A stretch of DNA of 44,455 bases from a virus (lineage: Duplodnaviria > Caudoviricetes). Numbering within the stretch: position 1 is the first letter of the stretch; the number at the start of each line of letters is the position of its first letter. The DNA lies in IMG/VR virus record IMGVR_UViG_3300046833_000111, positions 1-44,455 of that record. One strand, written 5' to 3'. A program made the position numbers and the translations under genes. Positions 18,275 to 27,051 of this stretch are shown here, piece by piece. The notes beneath the pieces were generated by a model. That model searched no databases and had not been told where the DNA came from. It worked only from the letters and a program-made list of their open reading frames with translations.

Positions 18275-18310
18275 TGAATGCGGAAGGCCCCCACCGGATC
18301 GGTGAGGGCC
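18275..18310 (-). terminator. GC-rich hairpin followed by CGCATTCA (terminator/attenuator-like)
   Basis: Minus strand GGCCCTCACCG-ATC-CGGTGGGGGCC-TTC-CGCATTCA in the intergenic gap. Confidence 0.55.
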
Positions 18311-18324
18311 AGGCGGGGGGCTGG

Positions 18325-18729
18325 TTACGGTTGCATGAGCATGAAACTGAGGGGCTGGTAGAACCGGCCTGGTGTGATCGTCGTGTCCCACTGGATGGGC
18401 ACATGCGGGTCCGAATGTCTGAGTTCCCCACCACCGGGAAGGGTCTGCCGGTTGAGGAGCCCGATCGTCTGCTGTGCGTGGTGCCGGACCGTCTCTACGG
18501 ATGCTGCTGCGACCGTGATGGTGAGGTCTGATCGGGAGTCCTGGTGCGTGTAGGCGAGGTCCTGCTCCGCACCCTCTCTGGTGGGCATCGTCCAGATGAC
18601 GATGTAGGGGCGGATGATCGTCGACCCTGGGAACGTCGGCAGGTCGTCATCGACGTGCCCGTCGTGCAAGAGAGCGCCCGTGAGTGCGAGACGGTTGGTG
18701 AGGTGGGTGATGAGTTCCTCGGTGGTCAT
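18325..18729 (-). CDS. Tail terminator-like protein
   Basis: Synteny; HDG.V...P...PY.V motif; ATGA overlap. Confidence 0.75.
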   Translation of the reverse strand: MTTEELITHLTNRLALTGALLHDGHVDDDLPTFPGSTIIRPYIVIWTMPTREGAEQDLAYTHQDSRSDLTITVAAASVETVRHHAQQTIGLLNRQTLPGGGELRHSDPHVPIQWDTTITPGRFYQPLSFMLMQP

Positions 18730-19082
18730 GTGATCGTCCCGTCGAGGAGCATCCCCATCGTCTTCTCAAACGTGGGAACACGTCGGTCGAAGGCGGGGCC
18801 GAGGAACGGTTTGGGTGCCATGCGGCTAGTCCCCCACTCGAGATACCCGGCGTAGCTGGCGGTGGGGCCGATCTCCGCCTCCACACCCGTACTGTCGGTG
18901 GTGATGTCGTGGCCGATGCTCGCCCGCAGATTCCCCGTCCGCACAGGGGCGAACACCTTCGCGTCAGCGGTGATGTCCGCTGCGGTCTTCGCAACCGCCT
19001 GCCGGGCCATGTTCTGCGCCCTACCGGACGTCTTGCGGAGGTCAGCCGCGAACGCCCGCAGCTCGGAAGCGTCTGCACCCAT
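18726..19082 (-). CDS. HK97 gp10-like tail completion protein
   Basis: APVRTGNLRASI...YA.YLEWGTSRMAPKPFL.PA signature. Confidence 0.9.
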   Translation of the reverse strand: MGADASELRAFAADLRKTSGRAQNMARQAVAKTAADITADAKVFAPVRTGNLRASIGHDITTDSTGVEAEIGPTASYAGYLEWGTSRMAPKPFLGPAFDRRVPTFEKTMGMLLDGTIT

Positions 19083-19498
19083 CACGCCCTCCGGTTCGCT
19101 TCGACACACGCGAGGTCGCGGGTCCAGTTCGTCGTCCCGGACTCCACCAGCACGACCGTCAGGATCGTCCCGGTCAGTCGGGGGTCGTCGGGGTTCGCGG
19201 TGATCGTGATGAGGTCGCCGTACCCGACATCGGTGAGGTGGATCGGCACGCTCACTCGGTGGGTGACTTCCACCTCAGTCGTATCCACGACGACGACAGG
19301 CCGGGTCGACTGGGACAGGAACTGCGCGGAGCACGGCTTCGCGGCCCATACGGGTGTGCCGTAGATGATGCCGGTAGGTCCGCCCGGACGGTCTGCCCTG
19401 CGTGCGTCGCACAGGCCGGTGAGGAATCCCTCCGCCGCCGGCCGATGATGCTCCGACCAGTTGTCCGGCATGATGCGGGTGGTGCTCAGCGGCGCCAT
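19082..19498 (-). CDS. Head-to-tail stopper-like protein
   Basis: Synteny; GD.ITIT...DP.L.G motif. Confidence 0.72.
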   Translation of the reverse strand: MAPLSTTRIMPDNWSEHHRPAAEGFLTGLCDARRADRPGGPTGIIYGTPVWAAKPCSAQFLSQSTRPVVVVDTTEVEVTHRVSVPIHLTDVGYGDLITITANPDDPRLTGTILTVVLVESGTTNWTRDLACVEANRRA

Positions 19499-19857
19499 TC
19501 CTCACCCTCCACCTTCGCCGGGATGAGAGGTTCGGTGAGGAGGAAGAACGACTCCTCCTCCACCCCTTCCTCCGCATCGGCACGGGCTCGGAGTGCGGCG
19601 GCGTGCTTCCGCAGAGCATCCGCGACCTTCGCCCCATCCGTGGAACGGTCCTGCGTTGTGATGACCTTCGACACGAGCGCCTCAGACGAAGCGATCGCAT
19701 CCAGCGCCGCCGCCGCGGCACGCTTGAGGTTGTGGCGCTCGATCGCGAGGTACCCCTCCACCTGCTCATCCGTCAGGACGAGGCTGTTGGGGTCGGTGTC
19801 TGCGAGGAGGAGGCGCATCTGGCCAACCTCAGTCGTGTAGTCGATGATCTCAGCCAT
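19486..19857 (-). CDS. Head-to-tail adaptor
   Basis: Follows the capsid gene; IDYTT.VGQ.RLL..D......TDEQ...YL and AAA.AL..IA motifs. Confidence 0.8.
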   Translation of the reverse strand: MAEIIDYTTEVGQMRLLLADTDPNSLVLTDEQVEGYLAIERHNLKRAAAAALDAIASSEALVSKVITTQDRSTDGAKVADALRKHAAALRARADAEEGVEEESFFLLTEPLIPAKVEGEEWRR

Positions 19858-19878
19858 CTGCGCCTCCTCCCCTCAGCC

Positions 19879-20973
19879 TCAGGCGCCCTTGGACGCGTAC
19901 GCCACCAGCGCGTGACCGGAATCGAGATCCCGGTACGCCTTCGCGGCACCGTCCACGGAACGACCCCGGAACCAGATGGTGTCGTCGTTGAACGACCCCT
20001 CCGTGACCGGGATCGACCCGCCACCGGGACGCTCACCCTGGTCACGCTTGACCCGGATGTCGACGTTCTCGTGGCCCAGCAGCTGAGCGTGCACGACCGC
20101 CGGGTGGTCGCCCGACTTGGACGACAGCAGGTACCAGGTCGTGCCGCGAGTCGCGGAGCGGTCGATCTTCGTCAGCCACTTCGCGACGACGACGGTGACG
20201 AGGCCGCGGAACGGGTTCTGCATCCGCGTCTTCGTCACCTTCGACCCCTCCGTCACCTGCAGCTCCAGCTCTGCCGCATTGATGATGCGGTTCGCTTCGA
20301 TCTGCAGCGACGGCGGAACCAGCAGCACGAGGCCGCTGGTGTCGACGAGGTCGCCACGCCAGTCCTCCTTCAGCGCGAACGACTGGACGGCCGCCTGCAG
20401 GTTGTCCGGCGACAGCGGCTTCGTGTCGACCGTGGAGAAGAAGTCCGCACGGGGGCCAGTCTCCGACACGAACGTCTCGAACACGTTGCGGTTGGAACGC
20501 TCCACCGCACCGTTGCCGAGACGCTTCGGGAAGTCCGCCATGTCGGTGAGGTCACCGGACAGGTCGAGCTCCCACGTGTACCCGAACGCCTTGCCGAACT
20601 TGCTGACGCTGTACTCGAAGTCCAGCTCGTCGAGGGTGTCGTGCTTGTACTCTTCACCCTCGGCCACGGGCTCGAACTCGGTGTTGCCGTACAGGTCGCG
20701 GAGCTTCTTGGGTCGGAAGTCGGGCGTCTTCTTCTCCAGCGCGAACGCGTCGTACTCCTTGACGGCGTCCTTCTGCGCCTGAACCGCCTCCACCTCGAAG
20801 GACTTGTTCAGCAGGAGGGGGAAGTCGCTGGTCGTCATCGCCTCCTTGAAGCTGGCGACGGCGAGATGCTTGCCCTTCTGCGCTTCGTTGAAGAGCTTCG
20901 CGGCGGAGAGGATCTTCGCCTTGAGGTTGGGGGCTGTGCGGAAGTCCGCCTCAGCCAGAAGATCGATGTTCAT
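19879..20973 (-). CDS. Major capsid protein (Mu gpT-like family)
   Basis: 364 aa from MNIDLL with GAAGGAG RBS; EA.TTSDFP.LL, V.EG.EY, LLVPP.L...A..I motifs. Confidence 0.9.
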   Translation of the reverse strand: MNIDLLAEADFRTAPNLKAKILSAAKLFNEAQKGKHLAVASFKEAMTTSDFPLLLNKSFEVEAVQAQKDAVKEYDAFALEKKTPDFRPKKLRDLYGNTEFEPVAEGEEYKHDTLDELDFEYSVSKFGKAFGYTWELDLSGDLTDMADFPKRLGNGAVERSNRNVFETFVSETGPRADFFSTVDTKPLSPDNLQAAVQSFALKEDWRGDLVDTSGLVLLVPPSLQIEANRIINAAELELQVTEGSKVTKTRMQNPFRGLVTVVVAKWLTKIDRSATRGTTWYLLSSKSGDHPAVVHAQLLGHENVDIRVKRDQGERPGGGSIPVTEGSFNDDTIWFRGRSVDGAAKAYRDLDSGHALVAYASKGA

Positions 20974-21002
20974 GGGTTTCTCCTTCTGTGCTTGTGGGCG
21001 GG

Positions 21003-21350
21003 TCAGCCGGCGGATGCCGGGGTGGGGGCGACGTAGCCGAACGGCTTGACCTCGGCGGGCCCGGTGCCGGTCGCCTTCACGACGAGGGACACACCCCACG
21101 CCGTGTCACCCGCGGTCGCGGTGAGCGCACCCGAGGCGTTGAGGTAGACGACCTGCCCCTCGGTGAGGGCGCCGGTGACGGGGATGCTCCAGGAGCCGTC
21201 CGTCCAGATGGTGACGCGGTCGCCTTCGTGGGCGTCGATGATCGCGACACCGCGGACTGCGCCGATCGCGACGGGGCTACCGCTGGTGTAGTCCTGGTCG
21301 GCGGTGAGGGTGATGTGCTTCGCTTCGGGGTAGAGCTGGTTCTTCGCCAT
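21003..21350 (-). CDS. Capsid cement/decoration protein (DUF2190-like)
   Basis: MAKN..., SG.PV.IG...GVA..D, G..VY motifs; position between scaffold and capsid genes. Confidence 0.82.
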   Translation of the reverse strand: MAKNQLYPEAKHITLTADQDYTSGSPVAIGAVRGVAIIDAHEGDRVTIWTDGSWSIPVTGALTEGQVVYLNASGALTATAGDTAWGVSLVVKATGTGPAEVKPFGYVAPTPASAG

Positions 21351-21352
21351 GG

Positions 21353-21772
21353 TCAGGCTCCCTTCACTGCGGCGAGTTCGTCCCAGGTGGGTGCCTCGTC
21401 GTCGGACTGGGTGGGGGTGTGGGCAGGGCGGGACTCACCGAGGTTGGTGACGCCACCGGCAGGGGCGAGCTCAGCGACGTGCGACTCGGCTGCTTCCTTC
21501 GCCTTCGTCTCGTCGCCGCCGTATCGGTTGATGACGGTCTCTGCGAGCGTCGAGGCGATCGTGGGGGCGGTGACGCCTGCCGCCTCGAAGACGTCGTCGA
21601 TGACCTTGCGGATCGTGGCGAGGGTCTTTTCTGCCTTGAGGTCGGAGGTCTCCGCCTCGAGGGTCTCGATCTTGGTGTTGGCTTCGGCCAGCTGCGTTTC
21701 GAGCGTGTCTGCCCGGCTGGCCTTCTCGGTGAGTGCCGCGTGTGCGGACTCCTCGATCTGGATGTGTCCCAT
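21353..21772 (-). CDS. Nested in-frame scaffolding protein (internal start)
   Basis: AGGAAGGA RBS 6 nt before the internal ATG (MGHIQIEES), followed by a coiled coil; analogous to lambda C/Nu3. Confidence 0.6.
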   Translation of the reverse strand: MGHIQIEESAHAALTEKASRADTLETQLAEANTKIETLEAETSDLKAEKTLATIRKVIDDVFEAAGVTAPTIASTLAETVINRYGGDETKAKEAAESHVAELAPAGGVTNLGESRPAHTPTQSDDEAPTWDELAAVKGA

Positions 21773-22513
21773 GAGGGTTCCTTCCTGGGATTCGGTTGCT
21801 GCTTCCTTCCCCGCCGGTGCCGGGTTGGTCTCAATGCCACGGGCGGGGGCGACTGTTCCGCGCAGGATCCCCTCTGGGGTGATCGCTCCTTCGCTGATCG
21901 TCGAGGGGGCGAGCTGTCGGCCAGCCTTGAAGTTGATGAGTTCTGGGCCGCTCTCTCCGACCGCCGCCCACCCGATGTGGTTCTGGTACCCGCTCGGGCG
22001 GAAAAGGTCCGTGATCTCGTCGAGCGTCGTCGGGCGTGCGGACTCGAGGACTTCCATCACCCGACCCCCACGGCCTGCCTTGGTCACGAAGTCGACTGAG
22101 CGGGCTTCGGTCAGCCGCTTCACGACATGACCGTCCGCGGTCTCCTCGACCTCGCCGGCGGCGCGGATGCTGACACCGATCGATTCGGCCATGTCGCGGA
22201 TGATCGGCTTCCAGTGCTCGAAGATCCGCACCTCAGCGACCAGCCCGTCCGCGCTCGAGTCCCACCGGGCGTCCTCCGCGAGAACTCCCACGAGGTTCGT
22301 GATCGACCCCTCCGGGCGTGCCCACGTGTCCGCCTCTGTGGCGTGATCCGCGAACATGAGCAGACCGGCGTGGAACACGCGGTCCGTCGCGGCCTGCTCG
22401 ATCGTCTCCCGCGGGTAAGTGCCGGAGCTGCCGACGCCGGGGGTGATGATCGTGACGGTCGCGTTACCGCTGCGTGCTGCGGTGAGGGTGCCTGACTCGT
22501 GGAGGAGGGTCAT
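21353..22513 (-). CDS. Capsid maturation protease/scaffold fusion
   Basis: IITPG.GSSG.Y, MFADH, IG.SIRA.G, SVDFVT.AGRGG protease motifs; C-terminal coiled coil; ATGA overlap at 22510-22513. Confidence 0.85.
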   Translation of the reverse strand: MTLLHESGTLTAARSGNATVTIITPGVGSSGTYPRETIEQAATDRVFHAGLLMFADHATEADTWARPEGSITNLVGVLAEDARWDSSADGLVAEVRIFEHWKPIIRDMAESIGVSIRAAGEVEETADGHVVKRLTEARSVDFVTKAGRGGRVMEVLESARPTTLDEITDLFRPSGYQNHIGWAAVGESGPELINFKAGRQLAPSTISEGAITPEGILRGTVAPARGIETNPAPAGKEAATESQEGTLMGHIQIEESAHAALTEKASRADTLETQLAEANTKIETLEAETSDLKAEKTLATIRKVIDDVFEAAGVTAPTIASTLAETVINRYGGDETKAKEAAESHVAELAPAGGVTNLGESRPAHTPTQSDDEAPTWDELAAVKGA

Positions 22514-23556
22514 GTGGTCTCCTTCCGGAGCGTTGCGAGTGGGGTGGCTTGGTAGGAGTCCCGCCACCCGTCATTCGTGGTCAGGGTGGACAGGTCGGAG
22601 ATGGTGATGCGGCCGTCCATGAGCAGCTGATACCGGTCCGCCCCGAGGGCTTGGAGTGCGTCCTGGGGGTTGTCGCGGATCCAGTCCTCAGCCGTGGTGA
22701 TGAGGTCGGCGGGTTCGTCAAGGTCGGGGAATCCGAGGTCAGCCCACGTCTGCGTCTTCGGCAACGCCGTGCATCGTCCATTGGGGTGGTCGAGGGGGCC
22801 CGGCTCGTCCTTGGGGTGGACGGTGCCGTGCTGGGCGATGCAGGACGGGCACGTCGTCGCATCCAACTGAGCCCACCAGATCCAGGAGGTGACGGTGTCG
22901 TTCGCTCGCATCTGGTCGTGGTTCGCCGCCCTGTGCGCGTCGAGGAGCTCGGTGCGGGCGATACGCATGGCGCGGGCCAGTCCCCCGTTGAACCCGGTGC
23001 GGGTGCGCTTCAACATCTCCCTGGCCGCCTTGTCCGGATGCCAGCCAGCAGGCACAGCACGGATCAGGGACGCCTTCACCGCGTCCAGGGCGTCCGGGGC
23101 GAGCGGCATGCTGTCCGCGACGATCCGGCTCATGGTGCGGTCGATGATCTGCTGCATCGCCGCCGCATCCACCCTGGTGAACGACTGAAACACAGGGAGG
23201 TCCGGGAGTTGCGAGGCGACGACCTGGGAAGTCATGTCCGCCGTCCGGCGCACGATCTCCTCCAGCGGCTCACCCAGCACCGACTCGAACTCCCCCACCA
23301 GTTCGGTGAGCTTGTCCGCAGTCACCGTGAGGGCGCGCTGCGTGCGGGCCAGCTGGGCGATCTGCGCCGGATGCAGCACCTCTCCTGTCGAGCGGGCGGC
23401 GACGATCTCACCCACCACCAGCTCCCATTCAGCACTGATCTCGTGCCACGCCTGCGACCAGCGGGCGACCAGAGCACGAGTCACAGCGTCCATGTACCCG
23501 TCTGTGAGGCGCCGCAGCTCAGACTGCAGGCGCACTGTGATGGCGGTGATAGCCAC
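22510..23556 (-). CDS. MuF-like minor head protein
   Basis: RA.RIARTE...A, W.W.A.LD..TC.SC.A.HG, DHPNGRC motifs; follows the portal. Confidence 0.88.
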   Translation of the reverse strand: MAITAITVRLQSELRRLTDGYMDAVTRALVARWSQAWHEISAEWELVVGEIVAARSTGEVLHPAQIAQLARTQRALTVTADKLTELVGEFESVLGEPLEEIVRRTADMTSQVVASQLPDLPVFQSFTRVDAAAMQQIIDRTMSRIVADSMPLAPDALDAVKASLIRAVPAGWHPDKAAREMLKRTRTGFNGGLARAMRIARTELLDAHRAANHDQMRANDTVTSWIWWAQLDATTCPSCIAQHGTVHPKDEPGPLDHPNGRCTALPKTQTWADLGFPDLDEPADLITTAEDWIRDNPQDALQALGADRYQLLMDGRITISDLSTLTTNDGWRDSYQATPLATLRKETT

Positions 23557-25091
23557 TATTCGCCCCGCTCGAAACGGCGCACAGCATCATCCGCAGCGGT
23601 CACGTCGGGGTCGACCCAGTTCCCGTCGCCGTCGGTCATCGTCTCGATGATCTCGTCCACATCCCGCACGTTCAGGGCACGCAGCAGCAGACGAAGAGTC
23701 TCTACGGGTGGCATCTTCTGGGTCGAATCAGCGGCGACGATCGCGTTCACCAAGGTCTCAATCGGGGTCTTGCCGAGGTCGGGCCACACGATGTCCAACG
23801 TGCGGTCGTCGACCCCACCGATCGTGACGGTCTCCCGACCCGAATACGCGTCCACGGTGACACTGCCGTGGAGGGGGCCCTGGGGTGCGAGGACCGCCTG
23901 ATCGATCACATACCCGATCACACGCCGGTACGTTTCGGTCCACACCTCACGGCGGCCACCCATCTCCAGCTCGGTCGGCTGGTCGAGGGTCTCCGCGACA
24001 GCACGCGCCCCGGTCTGGCCAGGGTCAGCGAGGAGCGTGGTGACGGGGAATCCGAGCGCGGACGCGATCATCGTGGCGAGGGGCCGTCCGGACTCAGCGT
24101 CGATCGTCGCACCCGTCTTCGGGACAGCCTCGAGCTGGTCATCCGGGCCCATGTGGGCGACGCCGCCGGCAGACTGTTGCGCGGAGAGAGCGGCGCGGGC
24201 CTGCTGTGCGGCGGAACGCTTCGAGCTGGTGCGCCACGCGATCCTGGAGAGGGACTTCATGAGGACCGCCCAGTCCTCCAAGAACTCCTTGTAGGCCCTC
24301 GCCCAAGGGAGTGCCGCGTAGGCGTCGGGGATGCCCCACTTCGCACCCAGGGCGACGTTGACCTTCACGTGGTAGACAGGCGCATCCCACTGGACGGGAT
24401 GCCCGTCGATGAGCGGGTTCCGCCGGCGGGGCGTGTGGCCGAGTGCTGGGTACCAGACGGTTTCCTGCCGGGACGTGATGCGCCCGGTGCGTTCACCGAT
24501 CTGCTCGCGGATGAAATCGCGGCGATAGAACCACGGCTCGGACTTGTCCTCCGGGTTCGTGATGATGTCGCTGATCTCGTCCACGTCGAGAGTGCGCGGC
24601 TCCACCCGGCCCGTGCGGGGGCTGGTGAAGAGTGCGATGAAGACGTTGCCGTCGGTGCCGAGCGCGTTCTCCATCTGCTCACGGGCCTGCGCACCCGAGA
24701 ACACGGAACGGGTGTGGTCGTCGTCGAGGAACGCTTGGACGATCGCGTTGACGTCCTGCTCTGCACCGTCACCCACGGAGCGGGCGCTGATACCGACACC
24801 ACTGCCGAACACATAGGCGGCCCGCAGGTTCAGGCCTCGCTTGATGAGTGGGTTGGCGACGTGCATGACACGGCAAGTGCGGGAGATCGTGCGCAGGCCT
24901 TCGCGAGTCATGTCCCGCTCAGTCGCCTGCGTGAGCGCCTGCCAGCCCGCATTCTCCCGATACAGGGCCGCCATGCTGTGGATCTGGTTGTGGGCTTCAT
25001 CGAGCTGATGAGACAGCGTCGAGAGCCTGCCGTCATCCGGGAACTCGGTGGGGGTGGCCATGCCCTCACGGATCCAACTGAACATGCCCAT
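23556..25091 (-). CDS. Portal protein
   Basis: About 510 aa after the terminase; NPLIKRG..LR..YV.G.G, DGNVF, G.PD.YAA..W motifs. Start could be 25085. Confidence 0.9.
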   Translation of the reverse strand: MGMFSWIREGMATPTEFPDDGRLSTLSHQLDEAHNQIHSMAALYRENAGWQALTQATERDMTREGLRTISRTCRVMHVANPLIKRGLNLRAAYVFGSGVGISARSVGDGAEQDVNAIVQAFLDDDHTRSVFSGAQAREQMENALGTDGNVFIALFTSPRTGRVEPRTLDVDEISDIITNPEDKSEPWFYRRDFIREQIGERTGRITSRQETVWYPALGHTPRRRNPLIDGHPVQWDAPVYHVKVNVALGAKWGIPDAYAALPWARAYKEFLEDWAVLMKSLSRIAWRTSSKRSAAQQARAALSAQQSAGGVAHMGPDDQLEAVPKTGATIDAESGRPLATMIASALGFPVTTLLADPGQTGARAVAETLDQPTELEMGGRREVWTETYRRVIGYVIDQAVLAPQGPLHGSVTVDAYSGRETVTIGGVDDRTLDIVWPDLGKTPIETLVNAIVAADSTQKMPPVETLRLLLRALNVRDVDEIIETMTDGDGNWVDPDVTAADDAVRRFERGE

Positions 25092-25114
25092 GCGGAGGCC
25101 ACCCCCTTCTGTGA

Positions 25115-26611
25115 TCAGTAGGGGGAGATCACCCACCCACGCTCGTCGTAGTCGTCGTACTCCTGCGGCTGCGTCAGGCCGCCCTCGAGGATCGGCATCA
25201 GCAGAATCCGGTTGATCGCCTGGGACAGCGCATCGACAGTGTCGTCGTGGGGGCTGTTCGGGAAGTCCTTCGCCTCCTCCAGCAGCTTCGCCACGTTCGG
25301 CAGCAGGTGCGGCTCAGGCACGATGACGTCCTTCGACCACACCAAAGGGCTGATCGCGGACGCACGGGCGTACTTCGACCCCTCCGGTTCAATCGGGATC
25401 AGCCCGTTCACCTGCCGGTGCAGGGCGTTGATGACCGCGGGGCCGTTGGCCTTGTCTTCAATGAACGCGGCGATGGCCTCGGGCCACTTCGCCCGCATCG
25501 CCTTGATCGCGGCGACGGTCTGCGTGAAGTTCATCCGCTCCCGCACCATGTCGAGGAGGTACGCCTGTGTGCCGACGCGCAACCACACCTGCCCCACTAC
25601 GTAGTCGGAGGACTTCGTGTCCTTGAACGTGAGGTCCCACGACTGGACGAGCTCCTGATCGTCCCGGTGGATGCCCGGCACAGTGCGGTGCCCGTCGGGG
25701 TGTTCGATCCAGAGCGGCTGGTCGTAGCGTGCCCACTCGTCGTCCTTCGGGAACACTCCACCCTCGTCCGGGGATGGCCGGCCCTGGTAGAGGCTGGCCC
25801 ACGTCTTCGGGCCGGACGTCTTCTTCCGTGCCTCCCACTGGTTCGTGGTGCGGCCGCGGGCGGAGATCATGAACTCGCCCGGATCACGGTCGAGGACGTC
25901 CGTCTCACCCTTCTCGGGGCGGTGGTCGGCCTGAGCGGGGATGTTGAGGAACTCCCATTCCGAATCCGCTTCCGCGATGAGCCTGCCGGCGAGGTCGTCG
26001 GAGTGCCAGCGGGTGAGGATCAGGATGACTGGCGCGCCAGGTGCGAGGCGGGACAGGGCCGTGTCTGTCCACCATTCCCACGTCTTGTCGCGGATCGTTT
26101 CGGAGTCCGCCTGCTCACGGCCCTTCACGGGGTCGTCGATGAGGAGGAGGTCGACGGGCCGTCCGGTCATGGCGCCACCGACGCCGGTGGAGAACATGCC
26201 TCCGTCGTGGTCTTCGAGCTGCCATTCGCGCTGTGCACTGACGTCGTCGCGGATCGTCAGCCCGAGGTCGGGGTGCTGGCGGATGTCGTCGCGGACGGTG
26301 CGGCCCCAGCGCTCTGCGATCCTGGCTTCGTAGGACGCCATGGCGATGCGCAGCTCGTTGTTCTGGGTGAGGGCCCAGAGGGGGAAGCGGCGCGACGCTC
26401 TCTGGCTCTTGCCTTCCTGGGGTGGCATGGAGATGATGAGCCGGCTGTCCGGGGTGTTGAACGCTTCGACGAGCTTCTGGTCGATCAGCTCGAGTGCGGG
26501 GGTTTGGATGGTGCGGGGGTCGAGAGCTTGTGCCATCGCGCCGGGGGTGGCCCACTTGGGGCCTGTGGTTTCGCGTTGCGCGAGGAAGTGGTCGCGCCAG
26601 TCGACCGTCAT
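25115..26611 (-). CDS. terL: Terminase large subunit
   Basis: Walker A-like ISMPPQEGKS, Walker B LLLIDDP, TRWH.DDL.GR, nuclease motifs SWD, IEDKANG, FP...HDD.VDA.SQ. Confidence 0.96.
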   Translation of the reverse strand: MTVDWRDHFLAQRETTGPKWATPGAMAQALDPRTIQTPALELIDQKLVEAFNTPDSRLIISMPPQEGKSQRASRRFPLWALTQNNELRIAMASYEARIAERWGRTVRDDIRQHPDLGLTIRDDVSAQREWQLEDHDGGMFSTGVGGAMTGRPVDLLLIDDPVKGREQADSETIRDKTWEWWTDTALSRLAPGAPVILILTRWHSDDLAGRLIAEADSEWEFLNIPAQADHRPEKGETDVLDRDPGEFMISARGRTTNQWEARKKTSGPKTWASLYQGRPSPDEGGVFPKDDEWARYDQPLWIEHPDGHRTVPGIHRDDQELVQSWDLTFKDTKSSDYVVGQVWLRVGTQAYLLDMVRERMNFTQTVAAIKAMRAKWPEAIAAFIEDKANGPAVINALHRQVNGLIPIEPEGSKYARASAISPLVWSKDVIVPEPHLLPNVAKLLEEAKDFPNSPHDDTVDALSQAINRILLMPILEGGLTQPQEYDDYDERGWVISPY

Positions 26612-26661
26612 GGGTGAATCCCATCGGTGTCATTTGTCGCGCTATGCGCCAGCATAGCATG
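26612..26661 (-). promoter_or_regulatory. Candidate late promoter and leader upstream of terL
   Basis: Minus strand TGC-TATGCT extended -10 within the inverted repeat GCTATGC-N4-GCATAGC (26641-26658). Confidence 0.4.
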
Positions 26662-26872
26662 TGCCTTCTGCCACTTCGGCCGCTTTCTCGTTCCCGGCGA
26701 CGTTTTCCTTGTAGTCGGCTTCGAGTACGTCGTCTCGGTGGAACATGAGTGGGTGGCGTCGGGTGATGTGGCCTGCTCTGATTGGGTGTCGTTTGCGCCA
26801 TCTGTGGAAGGTGCGTTCTGCGACTCCGAACTCGTCCATGACCTCCTGGAGGGTCATCCACTTCCCCATCAT
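26642..26872 (-). CDS. Small helix-turn-helix DNA-binding protein (MerR/excisionase-like)
   Basis: WMTLQEVMDEFGVAERTFHRWRK...F..DDV. Confidence 0.8.
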   Translation of the reverse strand: MMGKWMTLQEVMDEFGVAERTFHRWRKRHPIRAGHITRRHPLMFHRDDVLEADYKENVAGNEKAAEVAEGTCYAGA

Positions 26873-27051
26873 GCGGTCCTCCGGTATGGGGGCTTGGCGA
26901 GGGCGAGCGGGTCCTGCCCGTACCGGATTCCACCAGTAGGGTCTCCGAACGCCTTGCCGATGCGTTCGGCAAAGCGGCGGAGCTCCTCGTCTGTCATGGC
27001 CGCAGCTTCTCCGAGCTCTCGCCAGTAGGAGAGGACGTCTTCTCGCGTCAT
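26869..27051 (-). CDS. Hypothetical protein (60 aa)
   Basis: 4-nt stop/start overlaps on both sides. Confidence 0.65.
   Translation of the reverse strand: MTREDVLSYWRELGEAAAMTDEELRRFAERIGKAFGDPTGGIRYGQDPLALAKPPYRRTA

Noticed and set aside
20974-21099. Upstream in-frame extension of the major capsid ORF overlapping the decoration gene
   Set aside because: A strong RBS precedes ATG 20973 and no frameshift signal was seen.
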